DNA from: Candidatus Staskawiczbacteria bacterium
Lineage (GTDB): Bacteria > Patescibacteriota > Minisyncoccia > Minisyncoccales > Staskawiczbacteraceae
Reading direction: 5' to 3'
Length of the DNA: 64,000 nt
NCBI GenBank assembly: GCA_041661545.1
Contig: JBAZUH010000001.1
Span: 19,408-83,407, forward strand
Part shown: piece after piece, positions 19,657-29,839 of the stretch
Numbering within the stretch: the stretch's first letter is position 1
Layout: the number at the start of each line of letters is the position of its first letter
Notes under the pieces: generated by a model
What the model was told of the DNA's origin: nothing
Seen by the model: the letters and a program-made list of their open reading frames with translations, nothing else
Database searches by the model: none
Position numbers and translations under genes: made by a program

Positions 19657-19687
19657 AAAAACCACTTCCAAAAGAGGTGGTTTTTTG
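19657..19687 (+). terminator. rho-independent terminator (AAAAACCAC...GTGGTTTTTT)
   Basis: A-tract/stem/T-tract read directly. Confidence 0.6.
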
Positions 19688-19714
19688 GTATATTTAGGTA
19701 TAAATAATTTGATT

Positions 19715-20881
19715 ATGAAAAAAAATATTTCTTTAGCAAAAAAATCATTGGCTTATCATAAAAAACTCAATGGCAAGATTGGAGTTTTTTCTAAGGCACC
19801 ATTAAAATCTATGGAGGATTTAAAGTTATCTTATACTCCTGGCGTTGGTGCAGTTAGTTCATATTTGGCGTTGCATAAAGACCAAGCAAAAAAATATACA
19901 ATTAAAAAAAATGCTGTTGCCGTAGTATCTGACGGGTCAGCAGTATTGGGCCTTGGAAATATTGGCGTGGAAGGAGCTTTGCCAGTTATGGAAGGCAAAG
20001 CGGTAATTTTCAAGGAATTTGCAAATATAGATGCTTTTCCTATTGTGTTAGATACTCAAAACGTAGATGAAATTGTAAAAACTATTAAACATATTGCTCC
20101 AGTTTTTGGTGCTATAAACTTAGAAGATATTTCAGCGCCCAGATGTTTTGAAATAGAAAAAAGACTTCAAGGCATGTTAGATATTTTTGTAATGCATGAT
20201 GACCAGCATGCAACAGCGATTGTTGTTTTAGCAGGTTTAATAAATGCTTTTAAAGTTGTAAAAAAAGATTTAAAAGCTAGTTCAATTGTTGTAATAGGCG
20301 CTGGGTCAGCTGGTACTGCTGTAACAAAACTTTTGTATGCCTATGGTATTAAGAATATTATTGTTGTAGATATAAAAGGTATTTTATCGCGATGTCGTGG
20401 AAATATGTTGGTGCATCAAAAAAATTTAGCTGATATAACAAACAAAAATTGTAAGGAGGGAACTCTAAAAGATGCACTAGTGGGAGTTGATGCAGTTGTA
20501 GGACTTTCTGCGCCAAATATTATAAAACCAGAATTTATAAAAACAATGAATGAAAAGCCAATTGTTTTTGCCCTGGCTAATCCATATCCAGAAATAATGC
20601 CCGATATGGCTAAAAAGGCAGGAGCATTTATTATTGCTACAGGACGATCTGACTTTAAAAATCAAGTTAATAATGCGCTAGTTTTTCCGGGAATATTTAG
20701 GGGGGCTTTAGACTATAATATAAAGAAAATAACAAATGAAATAGAAATAAATGCTGCAAAAAAACTAGCTGGAATTATAAAAAATCCGACGCCTGATAAA
20801 ATTATCCCGTCTATTTTTGACTCCAAAGTGGTTAAAGCTGTTTCTTCTAGTATGAAAAATAAAAAATCGAACGCTACGTAA
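19715..20881 (+). CDS. NAD(P)-dependent malic enzyme (small form)
   Basis: LSYTPGVG...VVSDGSAVLGLGNIGVEGALPVMEGKAVIFKEF malic-enzyme motifs; start chosen at MKKNISLAKK. Confidence 0.85.
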   Translation: MKKNISLAKKSLAYHKKLNGKIGVFSKAPLKSMEDLKLSYTPGVGAVSSYLALHKDQAKKYTIKKNAVAVVSDGSAVLGLGNIGVEGALPVMEGKAVIFKEFANIDAFPIVLDTQNVDEIVKTIKHIAPVFGAINLEDISAPRCFEIEKRLQGMLDIFVMHDDQHATAIVVLAGLINAFKVVKKDLKASSIVVIGAGSAGTAVTKLLYAYGIKNIIVVDIKGILSRCRGNMLVHQKNLADITNKNCKEGTLKDALVGVDAVVGLSAPNIIKPEFIKTMNEKPIVFALANPYPEIMPDMAKKAGAFIIATGRSDFKNQVNNALVFPGIFRGALDYNIKKITNEIEINAAKKLAGIIKNPTPDKIIPSIFDSKVVKAVSSSMKNKKSNAT

Positions 20882-20885
20882 ATTC

Positions 20886-21911
20886 ATGGATAACAAAGCG
20901 CGTGTTATTGCCGAATACAAAGGAGCTTATAAAGTCAAAAATAATAAGGGAGAGTTTTTAGCTAAAGTGACTGGCAAGCAAATGTTTGTTGCTTCTTCTA
21001 GAGAAGATTATCCTGCCATTGGAGATTGGGTAATTATCAACGAGCTTGGAGAAGGGCAGGCAGTTATAAAAGAAATTTTACCTAGAAAAACTATAATTAA
21101 AAGAAAATATAGTAATAAAAACGACAGCCAAATTATAGCAACAAATATTGATGTAGGTTTTGTTGTAGAGTCAATTGGCAGAGATTATAATTTAAACAGA
21201 TTTGAAAGATATTTTGCTATAATGCATGATGGGGGCATAAAGCCTGCAATTATATTAAATAAAATAGACTTAATTTCAAAAGAAGAATTATTAGTAAAAT
21301 TATCTCAAATTGAAAATAGATTTCCGGGCATTGATATTATTGCTACAAGTATTATGGAGGAAAAAGGGTTTAGTAAGTTGAAAAGTTACATAGAAAAAGA
21401 TAAAACATATTGCTTTCTTGGTTCTTCTGGAGTAGGTAAATCTTCTTTAATAAATAAATTGCTTGGAAAAAATATAGTGAAAACAGAAGATATAAGCCTA
21501 TATTCAAATAGGGGAAAGCACATAACTACAACTAGGCAAATGTATTTTTTGCCCGCCACGCCGGCTGGCGGGGACAATGGAGGAATTGTTATAGACAATC
21601 CTGGAATGAGAGAGATCGGTATGGCTGATGCTGGCGATGGCGTAGATATGTTTTTTGATAAAATAACCGCATTGTCTGAAGGTTGTAGGTATGGTGATTG
21701 TACGCATATACACGAAAATGGATGCGCAGTTTTAGAAGCTGTAGAGCTTGGGAAAATAGATAGGCAACAATATCAAAATTATATTAATTTAAAAAAAGAA
21801 TCAGAATATTATAAAATGTCTGAATTAGAGAAAAAAGAAAAAGATAAAGATTTTGGAAAATTTATAAAAAAAGCAAAGAAATCCTTAAAAGAATATGGAC
21901 ATAAAAATTAA
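20886..21911 (+). CDS. rsgA: ribosome small-subunit-dependent GTPase A (RsgA/YjeQ)
   Basis: circularly permuted GTPase: NKIDL (G4) before GSSGVGKSSLINKL (G1); C-terminal zinc finger CRYGDCTHIHENGC. Confidence 0.85.
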   Translation: MDNKARVIAEYKGAYKVKNNKGEFLAKVTGKQMFVASSREDYPAIGDWVIINELGEGQAVIKEILPRKTIIKRKYSNKNDSQIIATNIDVGFVVESIGRDYNLNRFERYFAIMHDGGIKPAIILNKIDLISKEELLVKLSQIENRFPGIDIIATSIMEEKGFSKLKSYIEKDKTYCFLGSSGVGKSSLINKLLGKNIVKTEDISLYSNRGKHITTTRQMYFLPATPAGGDNGGIVIDNPGMREIGMADAGDGVDMFFDKITALSEGCRYGDCTHIHENGCAVLEAVELGKIDRQQYQNYINLKKESEYYKMSELEKKEKDKDFGKFIKKAKKSLKEYGHKN

Positions 21912-21923
21912 ATAAATAAAAAT

Positions 21924-22658
21924 ATGGAAAAAGATACAGTTAAAAAAATCGTAAAAGATGCTTATAGTCAAATAGCCATTAAAGGCTCTGGTTGTGGTTG
22001 TAGTTGTAGCGGTGCAAAAAATATCTCAAAAAGTATAGGATATACAGATGAAGAATTAAAAATTGTTGGCGAAGCTAATCTTGGTTTAGGATGTGGGAAT
22101 CCCTTGGCTTTTGGAAAGATAAAAGAAGGGGATACAGTTTTAGATTTGGGGTCTGGAGCAGGTATAGACGCAATTTTAGCTGCTAAAAAGGTTGGACCAA
22201 ATGGTAAAGTTATTGGCGTGGATATGACCGAGGAAATGGTAGAAAAAGCAAAAGATAATGCAAAGAAACAAAATATAGAAAATGTAGAATTTTTAATGGG
22301 AGAAATAGAAAATTTACCATTAAAAGATAATTCAGTAGATACAATAATTACAAATTGCGTTATTAATTTAACTCCAGATAAAGCCAAAACTTTTAGTGAA
22401 GCATACAGAGTTTTAAAACAGGGTGGAAGCATATACCTTTCAGATATTGTTTTATTAAAGGAATTAACCCAAGAACAACGGAATGACAAAGATTTAATTT
22501 CTGGCTGTGTTGCGGGTGCTTTATTAAGAGATGACTATTTAAATAAGATAAAAGAGGCGGGATTTAACGTAAAAGTGTTGTATGAGAATACAGGAATAAG
22601 TAAAAAGCAATATAATGGAATGCCATTAGAAAGTATAATGGTGGAGTTAACTAAATAA
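21924..22658 (+). CDS. class I SAM-dependent methyltransferase, ArsM-like (N-terminal Cys cluster)
   Basis: VLDLGSGAGIDA SAM motif; N-terminal GCGCSCSG cysteines as in arsenite methyltransferases. Confidence 0.55.
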   Translation: MEKDTVKKIVKDAYSQIAIKGSGCGCSCSGAKNISKSIGYTDEELKIVGEANLGLGCGNPLAFGKIKEGDTVLDLGSGAGIDAILAAKKVGPNGKVIGVDMTEEMVEKAKDNAKKQNIENVEFLMGEIENLPLKDNSVDTIITNCVINLTPDKAKTFSEAYRVLKQGGSIYLSDIVLLKELTQEQRNDKDLISGCVAGALLRDDYLNKIKEAGFNVKVLYENTGISKKQYNGMPLESIMVELTK

Positions 22659-22739
22659 TTAAAAATCATCTTTTAATTGAGGTGGTTTTTTTGTTATAAT
22701 TAAGTGTAATAAATAACATAGTAAAACGGCTTTATAAGT

Positions 22740-23618
22740 ATGACAACAAATTTTACAAAAAGATCAATTTATTTAATAATAATTTTTGTTTTAGTTTTTT
22801 TGGTTATTGTGGGCATTATTGCTTATGGTTTGAATTACTATTATTCAAATAAGAATATTACGCCTACATCTACGCCCCCTGTAGATAATGTGCTTATTAA
22901 AGTTAGCAACCCTTTGCCCAACCAAGAAATACAAAGCCCCATTGTGGTAAGAGGTCAAGCAAGAGGATATTGGTTTTTTGAAGCAACATTTCCTATAAAA
23001 TTGCTTGATGAAAATGGAAACGTTCTTGTGCAAACTTATGCTCAGGCACAAGGAGATTGGATGACAGAAAATTTTGTTCCATTTGAGAGTGTATTAACTT
23101 TTTCTGTTAATAAAAATCAAAAAGGAACGCTTGTTTTAGAAAAAGATAATCCTTCGGGGCTTGCTGAAAATGCAAAAGAAATTAGAATTCCAGTTAACTT
23201 AATTGCAGACAAACAGCAAATGAAAGCAGTAAAGCTTTATTATTATAATTCTAATTTAGATAGAGATGGCACGGGCAATATTCTTTGTAGCAGAAATGGT
23301 TTGGTAGCGGTGAATCGTCAAATTCCAATAACAAACACTCCTATTCAAGATACAATAAACCTTCTTATATCCGGAAATCTTACTAGTGCAGAAAAGGCAC
23401 AAGGCATTACTACAGAGTATCCGTTGCAGGGGTTTAAGCTAACGGCTGCATCATTAAACGGTAGTGTTTTAACGCTTACTTTTAATGACCCTAATAATAA
23501 AACTGGGGGAGGTTCGTGCAGGGTTGGAATTCTTTGGTTTCAAATTGAGGCCACTGCTAAACAGTTTGCAGGAGTTTCATCGGTAAAATTTGCTCCAGAA
23601 GGGCTATTTCAGCCATAA
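22740..23618 (+). CDS. membrane-anchored GerMN/Gmad-like domain protein
   Basis: N-terminal TM; C-terminal region resembles the GerMN sporulation/germination domain (weak). Confidence 0.35.
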   Translation: MTTNFTKRSIYLIIIFVLVFLVIVGIIAYGLNYYYSNKNITPTSTPPVDNVLIKVSNPLPNQEIQSPIVVRGQARGYWFFEATFPIKLLDENGNVLVQTYAQAQGDWMTENFVPFESVLTFSVNKNQKGTLVLEKDNPSGLAENAKEIRIPVNLIADKQQMKAVKLYYYNSNLDRDGTGNILCSRNGLVAVNRQIPITNTPIQDTINLLISGNLTSAEKAQGITTEYPLQGFKLTAASLNGSVLTLTFNDPNNKTGGGSCRVGILWFQIEATAKQFAGVSSVKFAPEGLFQP

Positions 23619-23653
23619 TTATATCGCACGTTTCACTTTTTTTAATGTAAACT

Positions 23654-23682
23654 TAAAACCTCTTCTAATCGAAGAGGTTTTT
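23654..23682 (+). terminator. rho-independent terminator (AAAACCTCTTC-TAAT-CGAAGAGGTTTTTTG)
   Basis: perfect stem plus T-run. Confidence 0.7.
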
Positions 23683-23780
23683 TGTAATAAAGAAATTTGT
23701 AATAAATTTACATATTTTTTGTAGTAATATAATAAGTTAGCTAATATTTGAGGGTAAATATTCATAAGTAATCTTTATAA

Positions 23781-25493
23781 ATGATAAATATGATAAAAAA
23801 ATTATGGATTATGATTAGATCCTTTATTTTTAAACATAAAATAATAAGCATCATTATTTTAATGGTTTTGCTGAGTGCAGGATATTTAGGATATACATCT
23901 TTGACCAATGTCAAAGGGTTTAGTCGCTATATCTTGTCGGAGGTTTCTAGGGGAACAATTATTTCTTCTGTGGCTGGAACTGGACAAGTTTCAGCTTCTG
24001 AGCAAATAGACATTAAACCAGAAGTTTCTGGAAAACTTGTGTATCTTAATATTCCTAAAGGCAAAGAAGTTAAGGCGGGAACGCTTTTAGCGCAAATTGA
24101 ATCTAGGGATGCTCTAACAACAGTTCAAAGTGCCGAGAATGACTTAAAAATCGCTCAATTATCATCTCAAGATATTGGTGGCACCGCCAAAGAAGACCTT
24201 GATTTGTCTTATAGCAACGGATTAGATGCTCTAGGAACTACTTTTAGTGATTTAACGTCTATGAGAGCCAATTTAGACAGCATGTTTCTTGAAAGCAGTG
24301 GCAATAATGAAGACAGTGATATAGATTTTTATCTTTATCTTGCACGCTTTTATAATGACAATACATACAGCTTAAGTTTTTGGACAGATAGTGCTGAGAA
24401 AAAATATACTGACATGCAAAAAAAATTAGATGATATTGAAGAAATATCATGGGCTCTTAATAAAAGTTCGGAGCCATCTCAAATAGAAAATGCAATTAAT
24501 GCAACCTACAACAATGCGAAAGATTTTCAGGATTTAATTAGACAAGCTACTAATATTATACAGAGATATCAAAAAATAGGTGATGTAGAAAATTTTACTA
24601 CGCAGATACAAGCATCAACAACTACAACCCAAGCAACTCAGTTAAATGATGCGCTTACTTTACTTATTAAAGACGTAAGTGAACTTTCTAGTGCTAAATC
24701 AGATATAGTAGCTAAAAAAGAAGTTTTTTTGAAAATTGACGTAAACACTCAATCACAAAATCTTAATATACAGCAATATAAAAATGCGCTTGCTAATGCA
24801 AAAGATAATTTATCAAAGTATTATATTTATGCACCAATAGATGGTATTATTTCTGCGTTTGATTCTAGTATCAAGGTTGGTAGAAATATTTCTTCTGGCA
24901 CAGCGCTAGGGTCTATTATTACTCAGAAAAAAATTATAGACGTTTCTTTAAATGAAGTAGATGCGGTAAAGATAAAAATAGGACAGAAAGCAACCATAGC
25001 GTTAGATGCTTTGCCCGACTTAACTATGACAGGTTCAATTATAGATGTTGATGTGGTTGGAAGTGTTAATCAGGGGGTAGTTAGTTATGGTGTAAAAATT
25101 GCTTTAGATATTATAGATAATGATATAAAATCGGGTATGAGCGGAAGTGTTAATATTATAACCGAGACAAAGCAAAATGTTTTAACTGTTCCAAATAGTG
25201 CGGTTAAGTCAAAAAGTGGTGTTTACTATGTTTTAGTTTTAAATCAAAAGCAAGACTTAACTAGCTTAACCGCTAGCCAAGGATTTGTTTCTGATATTGC
25301 TCCAATTCAAAAAACAGTTGAAATAGGTTTGGCAGATGATAATAACACAGAAATAATTAGTGGATTATCAGAAGGAGATCAAGTTGTTTCTAAAACAATA
25401 TCCAGCGTTAAAACAACTACTCCTAGCACAACCGGAACAACAAGGCAGGCAACGCCAGGCTTAACTGGCGGTGGTCCTCCGGGAGGATTTTAA
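23781..25493 (+). CDS. HlyD-family periplasmic adaptor (MacA-like)
   Basis: N-terminal TM, coiled coil, beta-barrel region; first gene of an adaptor/ABC/FtsX-permease trio. Confidence 0.65.
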   Translation: MINMIKKLWIMIRSFIFKHKIISIIILMVLLSAGYLGYTSLTNVKGFSRYILSEVSRGTIISSVAGTGQVSASEQIDIKPEVSGKLVYLNIPKGKEVKAGTLLAQIESRDALTTVQSAENDLKIAQLSSQDIGGTAKEDLDLSYSNGLDALGTTFSDLTSMRANLDSMFLESSGNNEDSDIDFYLYLARFYNDNTYSLSFWTDSAEKKYTDMQKKLDDIEEISWALNKSSEPSQIENAINATYNNAKDFQDLIRQATNIIQRYQKIGDVENFTTQIQASTTTTQATQLNDALTLLIKDVSELSSAKSDIVAKKEVFLKIDVNTQSQNLNIQQYKNALANAKDNLSKYYIYAPIDGIISAFDSSIKVGRNISSGTALGSIITQKKIIDVSLNEVDAVKIKIGQKATIALDALPDLTMTGSIIDVDVVGSVNQGVVSYGVKIALDIIDNDIKSGMSGSVNIITETKQNVLTVPNSAVKSKSGVYYVLVLNQKQDLTSLTASQGFVSDIAPIQKTVEIGLADDNNTEIISGLSEGDQVVSKTISSVKTTTPSTTGTTRQATPGLTGGGPPGGF

Positions 25494-25506
25494 TTATGAA
25501 AATAGA

Positions 25507-26202
25507 ATGATTGAAATAAAAAATATAGAGAAAATTTATCAATCAGGAAATGTTGGATATCCTGCTCTTTCAGGTGTGAGTTTTTCAATAAAAGATGGAG
25601 AGTTTGTGGCTATAATGGGGCCATCTGGTTCAGGAAAATCAACGCTCATGCATATTTTAGGATGCCTAGACACGCCAACAAAAGGAAAATACTTTTTAGA
25701 TGGAAAAGATATATCAATGTTAAACGAAGATGAATTGGCGGATATAAGAAAAAATAAAATAGGTTTTGTGTTTCAAGCATTTAATCTTTTACCAAGAACA
25801 ACAGCTTTAAGAAATGTGGCCCTACCTTTAGTCTATGCAGAAATGGATCATGAAAAGAGAGAAAAAAAAGCAAAAGAATCGTTAAAAGCATCAGGATTAG
25901 ATGAAGAATTTTTTGATCATTTATCTAATCAATTGTCTGGAGGGCAAATTCAAAGAGTTGCAATTGCTAGAGCATTAGTTAACGACCCAGCGCTAATATT
26001 GGCCGACGAGCCAACGGGAAATCTTGATTCAAAAACTGGAGAAATTGTTTTGGAAACATTCAGAAAATTAAATAAAGAACATGGTAGAACAATTATTCTT
26101 ATAACTCATGAGCATGACGTAGCAGAGCATGCAGATAGAATCATTTCCCTTAAAGATGGGCTTATAGTAAGCGATTCTAATGTTCATAAAAAACGTGTAT
26201 GA
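25507..26202 (+). CDS. ABC transporter ATP-binding protein (MacB-type)
   Basis: GPSGSGKST Walker A, LSGGQIQRVAIARAL signature, ILADEPTGNLD Walker B. Confidence 0.85.
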   Translation: MIEIKNIEKIYQSGNVGYPALSGVSFSIKDGEFVAIMGPSGSGKSTLMHILGCLDTPTKGKYFLDGKDISMLNEDELADIRKNKIGFVFQAFNLLPRTTALRNVALPLVYAEMDHEKREKKAKESLKASGLDEEFFDHLSNQLSGGQIQRVAIARALVNDPALILADEPTGNLDSKTGEIVLETFRKLNKEHGRTIILITHEHDVAEHADRIISLKDGLIVSDSNVHKKRV

Positions 26203-27431
26203 AATTAAAAGATATATTAGAAGAAACATTTTTAGCGCTTTCATCAAATAAAGCCAGAACAGGTTTAACAATTTTGGGTATTGTTATTGGAATTAGTTCT
26301 GTAATTGTTATGGTGTCTGTAGGGCAAGGTGCTACAAAATCAATTCAAACCAGTATTGAATCAACCGGTTCTAATCTTTTAATGATAACGCCAGGAGCTA
26401 CAAGAAACATAGGATACTCGGCACGTTCAGCTGGAGGAACAGCACAAACGCTTACCCTTGAAGATGCCAATGCAATAGCAAGCCAAGTTTCTGCGGTTCA
26501 ATATATGGCCCCACAAATTACTGGAAGATACCAGGTGGTGTATAGAGGTAACAATACAAATACTTCAATAATAGGAACCGACGATATTTATACTCAAGTA
26601 AGAAATTTAAGCGTTGCTGAAGGGGTATTTATAACTACCCAAGATGTTGATAGTGCCTCTAGGGTGGCAGTTTTGGGGCCTACAGTTGTGACGGATTTGT
26701 TTGGAGTAGATGCGGTAGCTAGTGATGCTATTGGTCAAACAATAAAAATTAATAAAATGCAGTTTCAGATTGTAGGAGTAACTAGCGCGAAAGGGGGAAC
26801 TGGATTTCAGAATCAAGATGATAGGATTTATATTCCATATACTGTTTCGCAAAGATATTTTACGGGCAATAAGTATTTATCAGAAATAGATTTACAAATT
26901 GCTAGTTCTGATTTGATGACATTGGCTCAGGATGACATTACAAGTTTATTATTAGAACGTCATAATATTATAGATTCCGCATCAGCTGATTTTACAGTTC
27001 AGAATCAGGCAGATATTTTATCAAGTATTTCAAGCGTGAGTCAAACATTAACAATTTTACTTGGAGCAATTGCCGGAATTTCTTTGTTAGTAGGTGGAAT
27101 TGGTATTATGAATATGATGCTTACCACAGTCACAGAAAGAACAAGAGAAATAGGCCTTCGTAAAGCTATCGGAGCAAAAGCAAAAGATATCACATCACAG
27201 TTTTTAACAGAAGCAGTTGTTTTAACTTTTTCTGGCGGAATAGTCGGAGTTTTTATTGGTTGGATAATTTCTTGGGGTATAAAATATTTTAATTTATATC
27301 AAACAGAGGTTTCGTTGTTATCAATAGTTTTAGCAGTTGTAGTTTCTGGCGCCATAGGAATTATTTTTGGATATTATCCTGCCAAAAGGGCTGCTAAATT
27401 AAATCCTATAGAGGCATTGCGTTATGAATAA
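26199..27431 (+). CDS. ABC transporter permease, FtsX/MacB-like
   Basis: N-terminal TM, large periplasmic domain, C-terminal FtsX-type 3-TM region. Confidence 0.75.
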   Translation: MKLKDILEETFLALSSNKARTGLTILGIVIGISSVIVMVSVGQGATKSIQTSIESTGSNLLMITPGATRNIGYSARSAGGTAQTLTLEDANAIASQVSAVQYMAPQITGRYQVVYRGNNTNTSIIGTDDIYTQVRNLSVAEGVFITTQDVDSASRVAVLGPTVVTDLFGVDAVASDAIGQTIKINKMQFQIVGVTSAKGGTGFQNQDDRIYIPYTVSQRYFTGNKYLSEIDLQIASSDLMTLAQDDITSLLLERHNIIDSASADFTVQNQADILSSISSVSQTLTILLGAIAGISLLVGGIGIMNMMLTTVTERTREIGLRKAIGAKAKDITSQFLTEAVVLTFSGGIVGVFIGWIISWGIKYFNLYQTEVSLLSIVLAVVVSGAIGIIFGYYPAKRAAKLNPIEALRYE

Positions 27432-27453
27432 TAATTAATAAAAAAATAAATAT

Positions 27454-27867
27454 ATGAAAAAAATACAAGTTATAACACTTATAATTATTATAATAATTAT
27501 AATAGCAGGTGGGTCTTTCTATGGAGGAATGATGTATGGAAAAAATAAAAATTCTAATTTAGGCCCCAACGGAAGCAATTTTCAAACAAGGATTAATAGG
27601 CCAGGAGATAATGGCTCAAATTTTATTTTAGGAGAAATCTTATCTAAAGAGGGTGATAATATTATCTTAAAGTTATTAAATAACGCAGGTTCAAAAATAA
27701 TTTTTTATTCTGAATCCACACAAATAAATAAACAGGCTATAGGAAATGCAGAAGATTTAGGGGTTGGAACGCTAGTTAGTGTAACTGGCACAACTAACTC
27801 TGATGGGAGCATAACGGCTCAAAGCATACAAATAAGGCCAGCTGGCGAGAACAAACCAAAGTTATAA
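27454..27867 (+). CDS. small secreted/membrane-anchored hypothetical protein
   Basis: poly-Ile N-terminal TM; 137 aa. Confidence 0.45.
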   Translation: MKKIQVITLIIIIIIIIAGGSFYGGMMYGKNKNSNLGPNGSNFQTRINRPGDNGSNFILGEILSKEGDNIILKLLNNAGSKIIFYSESTQINKQAIGNAEDLGVGTLVSVTGTTNSDGSITAQSIQIRPAGENKPKL

Positions 27868-27982
27868 AATTAAGGTTAATAAATAGCCGGCGTTTTTTTG
27901 TTGTAATTAATTGCCTTGCAATACGGCATATAGTGTATAGCTCTTAAATTACGAATAATAAAATAAATATAATATAAATAAA

Positions 27983-28345
27983 ATGGAATCTTCTTATAAC
28001 TCTCCAACTACAAAGCCAATATATAAAGGTATTCAAATTATCTGGTATTTGTTGGTTTTAATTGAGGCATTTTTGGCTCTTCGTTTTCTTCTAAAAGCAC
28101 TTAATGCAAATGCTTTTTCTGATTTTGTTAATCTTGTATACTTAACAACGCAATTTTTTATTGCGCCGTTCCTAAATATATTGGGCAAAACTCAGATTGA
28201 AGGAATCACCTTTGAATGGACCACTTTAATTGCTATGCTTGTTTATTGGTTTGTGGCTTGGGCAATGGTCAAGTTGCTTTCAATAAGTAAAACTGTTTCA
28301 ACTCCCGAAGCAGCAGAAAAACTTAATAAAGAGGAGGAAGAATAA
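27983..28345 (+). CDS. YggT-like membrane protein (tentative)
   Basis: LRFLLKALNANAFSDFVNLVYLTTQFFIAPFLNIL resembles YggT/Ycf19 repeats. Confidence 0.3.
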   Translation: MESSYNSPTTKPIYKGIQIIWYLLVLIEAFLALRFLLKALNANAFSDFVNLVYLTTQFFIAPFLNILGKTQIEGITFEWTTLIAMLVYWFVAWAMVKLLSISKTVSTPEAAEKLNKEEEE

Positions 28346-28346
28346 T

Positions 28347-28607
28347 ATGTCAATATTAGAGATATCACAAATAATATTTAATTTTATAATATCGTTTGCG
28401 GCAATAATTATTACGATATGGATTATTTTTGTTGCTTACAATTTAATTAGGTTTATTAATGCAATTAAGAAACTTATGATTGCTGTTGATAAAGGAACAT
28501 CGGAAATTTATGAGAGAGTAAATAAATTTTTAGAGAACATTTTCAATTTTTCCTTTATTAGCAGATTTTTTAGAAAAGATAATGTAAATGAAAAAAATAA
28601 AAAATAA
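28347..28607 (+). CDS. small membrane hypothetical protein
   Basis: one or two TM helices, 86 aa, 1-nt spacing to the upstream gene. Confidence 0.4.
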   Translation: MSILEISQIIFNFIISFAAIIITIWIIFVAYNLIRFINAIKKLMIAVDKGTSEIYERVNKFLENIFNFSFISRFFRKDNVNEKNKK

Positions 28608-28621
28608 TTAAAAATAATATT

Positions 28622-28984
28622 ATGACAAAAGAAAACAAATTCAAATTTTTAGAAGGAGCGGTTGCTGGCATTGCGCTCGGCGTTGCAGCTAGCATGTTTT
28701 TATCATCAAAAAAAGGTAAAAAGATGATGGATAATATAGAGGATATAACAGCTGATTTTTATAAAAATATTTCTCCTAAGTTAAAAAAAATGAAAAAAAT
28801 GGGAGAAAAGGAATACGCTCTTTTTATGGAAAATGCAGTTGAGCAATATATTAAAACAAAAAAAATATCAGAAGATATGGCAAAACAGCTTGCTGTGAAG
28901 GCTAAACAGTCTTGGAAGCACTTTGCTACCTACTTGAAAGGAAAGGGTGGTTCTAAAACTGTATTGATCCGCAGAGTTGGATAG
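28622..28984 (+). CDS. YtxH-like membrane-anchored protein
   Basis: N-terminal LEGAVAGIALGVAASMFL helix then a K/E-rich helical region, typical of YtxH. Confidence 0.45.
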   Translation: MTKENKFKFLEGAVAGIALGVAASMFLSSKKGKKMMDNIEDITADFYKNISPKLKKMKKMGEKEYALFMENAVEQYIKTKKISEDMAKQLAVKAKQSWKHFATYLKGKGGSKTVLIRRVG

Positions 28985-29038
28985 AATTAGCATGTTAGTA
29001 TAAAGGCCGATTAAAAAAATAAATTAAATATCAATAAT

Positions 29039-29275
29039 ATGTCAACAGAAAATAATAATTCAGGCAATACGGGAATTGGAGGATTAAATTTAGTGGCAAC
29101 ACTTTTTTTAGCCATTCTAGTTATTGGAGTAATTGTTTTATTTTTTATATATGGTTTACCAATGATTAAAGATTTCCAAAATTTAAAAAGTGGTGATGGA
29201 ATAAATGTAAATGTTGAAATGCCTACGCCAACAATTCCCCAAGATACAACCCCAGAGCCAACTTTAGTTCCATAG
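29039..29275 (+). CDS. small membrane protein
   Basis: 78 aa, one TM, Pro/Thr-rich tail. Confidence 0.35.
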   Translation: MSTENNNSGNTGIGGLNLVATLFLAILVIGVIVLFFIYGLPMIKDFQNLKSGDGINVNVEMPTPTIPQDTTPEPTLVP

Positions 29276-29299
29276 ATAAAACAAAAAATCAATTAAATA

Positions 29300-29325
29300 A
29301 AAACCCGCCTTTAAAGGCGGGTTTT
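29300..29325 (+). terminator. rho-independent terminator (AAAACCCGCC-TTTAAA-GGCGGGTTTTG)
   Basis: perfect stem plus T-run. Confidence 0.7.
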
Positions 29326-29389
29326 GAGTTGGATGGGGGTGTTCTGAACTATTGACAAACGCAACCCTGTTGCATTAAGATATATAAAT

Positions 29390-29839
29390 ATGATAAATAT
29401 AAAAGAAATATTATTAAGGCTAAAAAAAGAAGGTTTTCGCTCTACTACAATACGTAAGTCTATTTTAGATTTATTTTATAAATTTAAAAAACCCCTTTCT
29501 AGTCAAGATATACAAAAATATCTTAAGCAAAAAAACATAAAGGCCAACAAGACAACAGTTTACAGAGAATTAGATTTTTTAAAAAACCAAAATATTATAG
29601 AAGAGTTTCAGCTTGATGATAAAATTAAAAGGTATGAAATTTTATCTAGTCATCATCATCACACAGTTTGTATAAAATGTAGAGAAATTAAGTGCATAGA
29701 GTTTAGCAAAGACCTTGAAAGCCAAGAAAAAGAAATAGAAAAAAATAATAAATTTAAAATAATTAATCACTCGCTTGAGTTTTATGGATTATGTCATGCC
29801 TGTTGGCGGGCAGGTCATAAATGCCAGGCAGTGAAATAG
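29390..29839 (+). CDS. Fur-family transcriptional regulator (Zur-like)
   Basis: winged-helix N-terminus, HHHH and CxxC...CxxC metal sites. Confidence 0.75.
   Translation: MINIKEILLRLKKEGFRSTTIRKSILDLFYKFKKPLSSQDIQKYLKQKNIKANKTTVYRELDFLKNQNIIEEFQLDDKIKRYEILSSHHHHTVCIKCREIKCIEFSKDLESQEKEIEKNNKFKIINHSLEFYGLCHACWRAGHKCQAVK

Noticed and set aside
19640-22700. Recurrence of GAGGTGGTTTTTT after both the acidic secreted protein gene (19670s) and the methyltransferase gene (22680s) as a possible repeat family
   Set aside because: The second copy lacks the complementary upstream arm and is only about 13 nt; most likely two independent terminators with similar 3' halves
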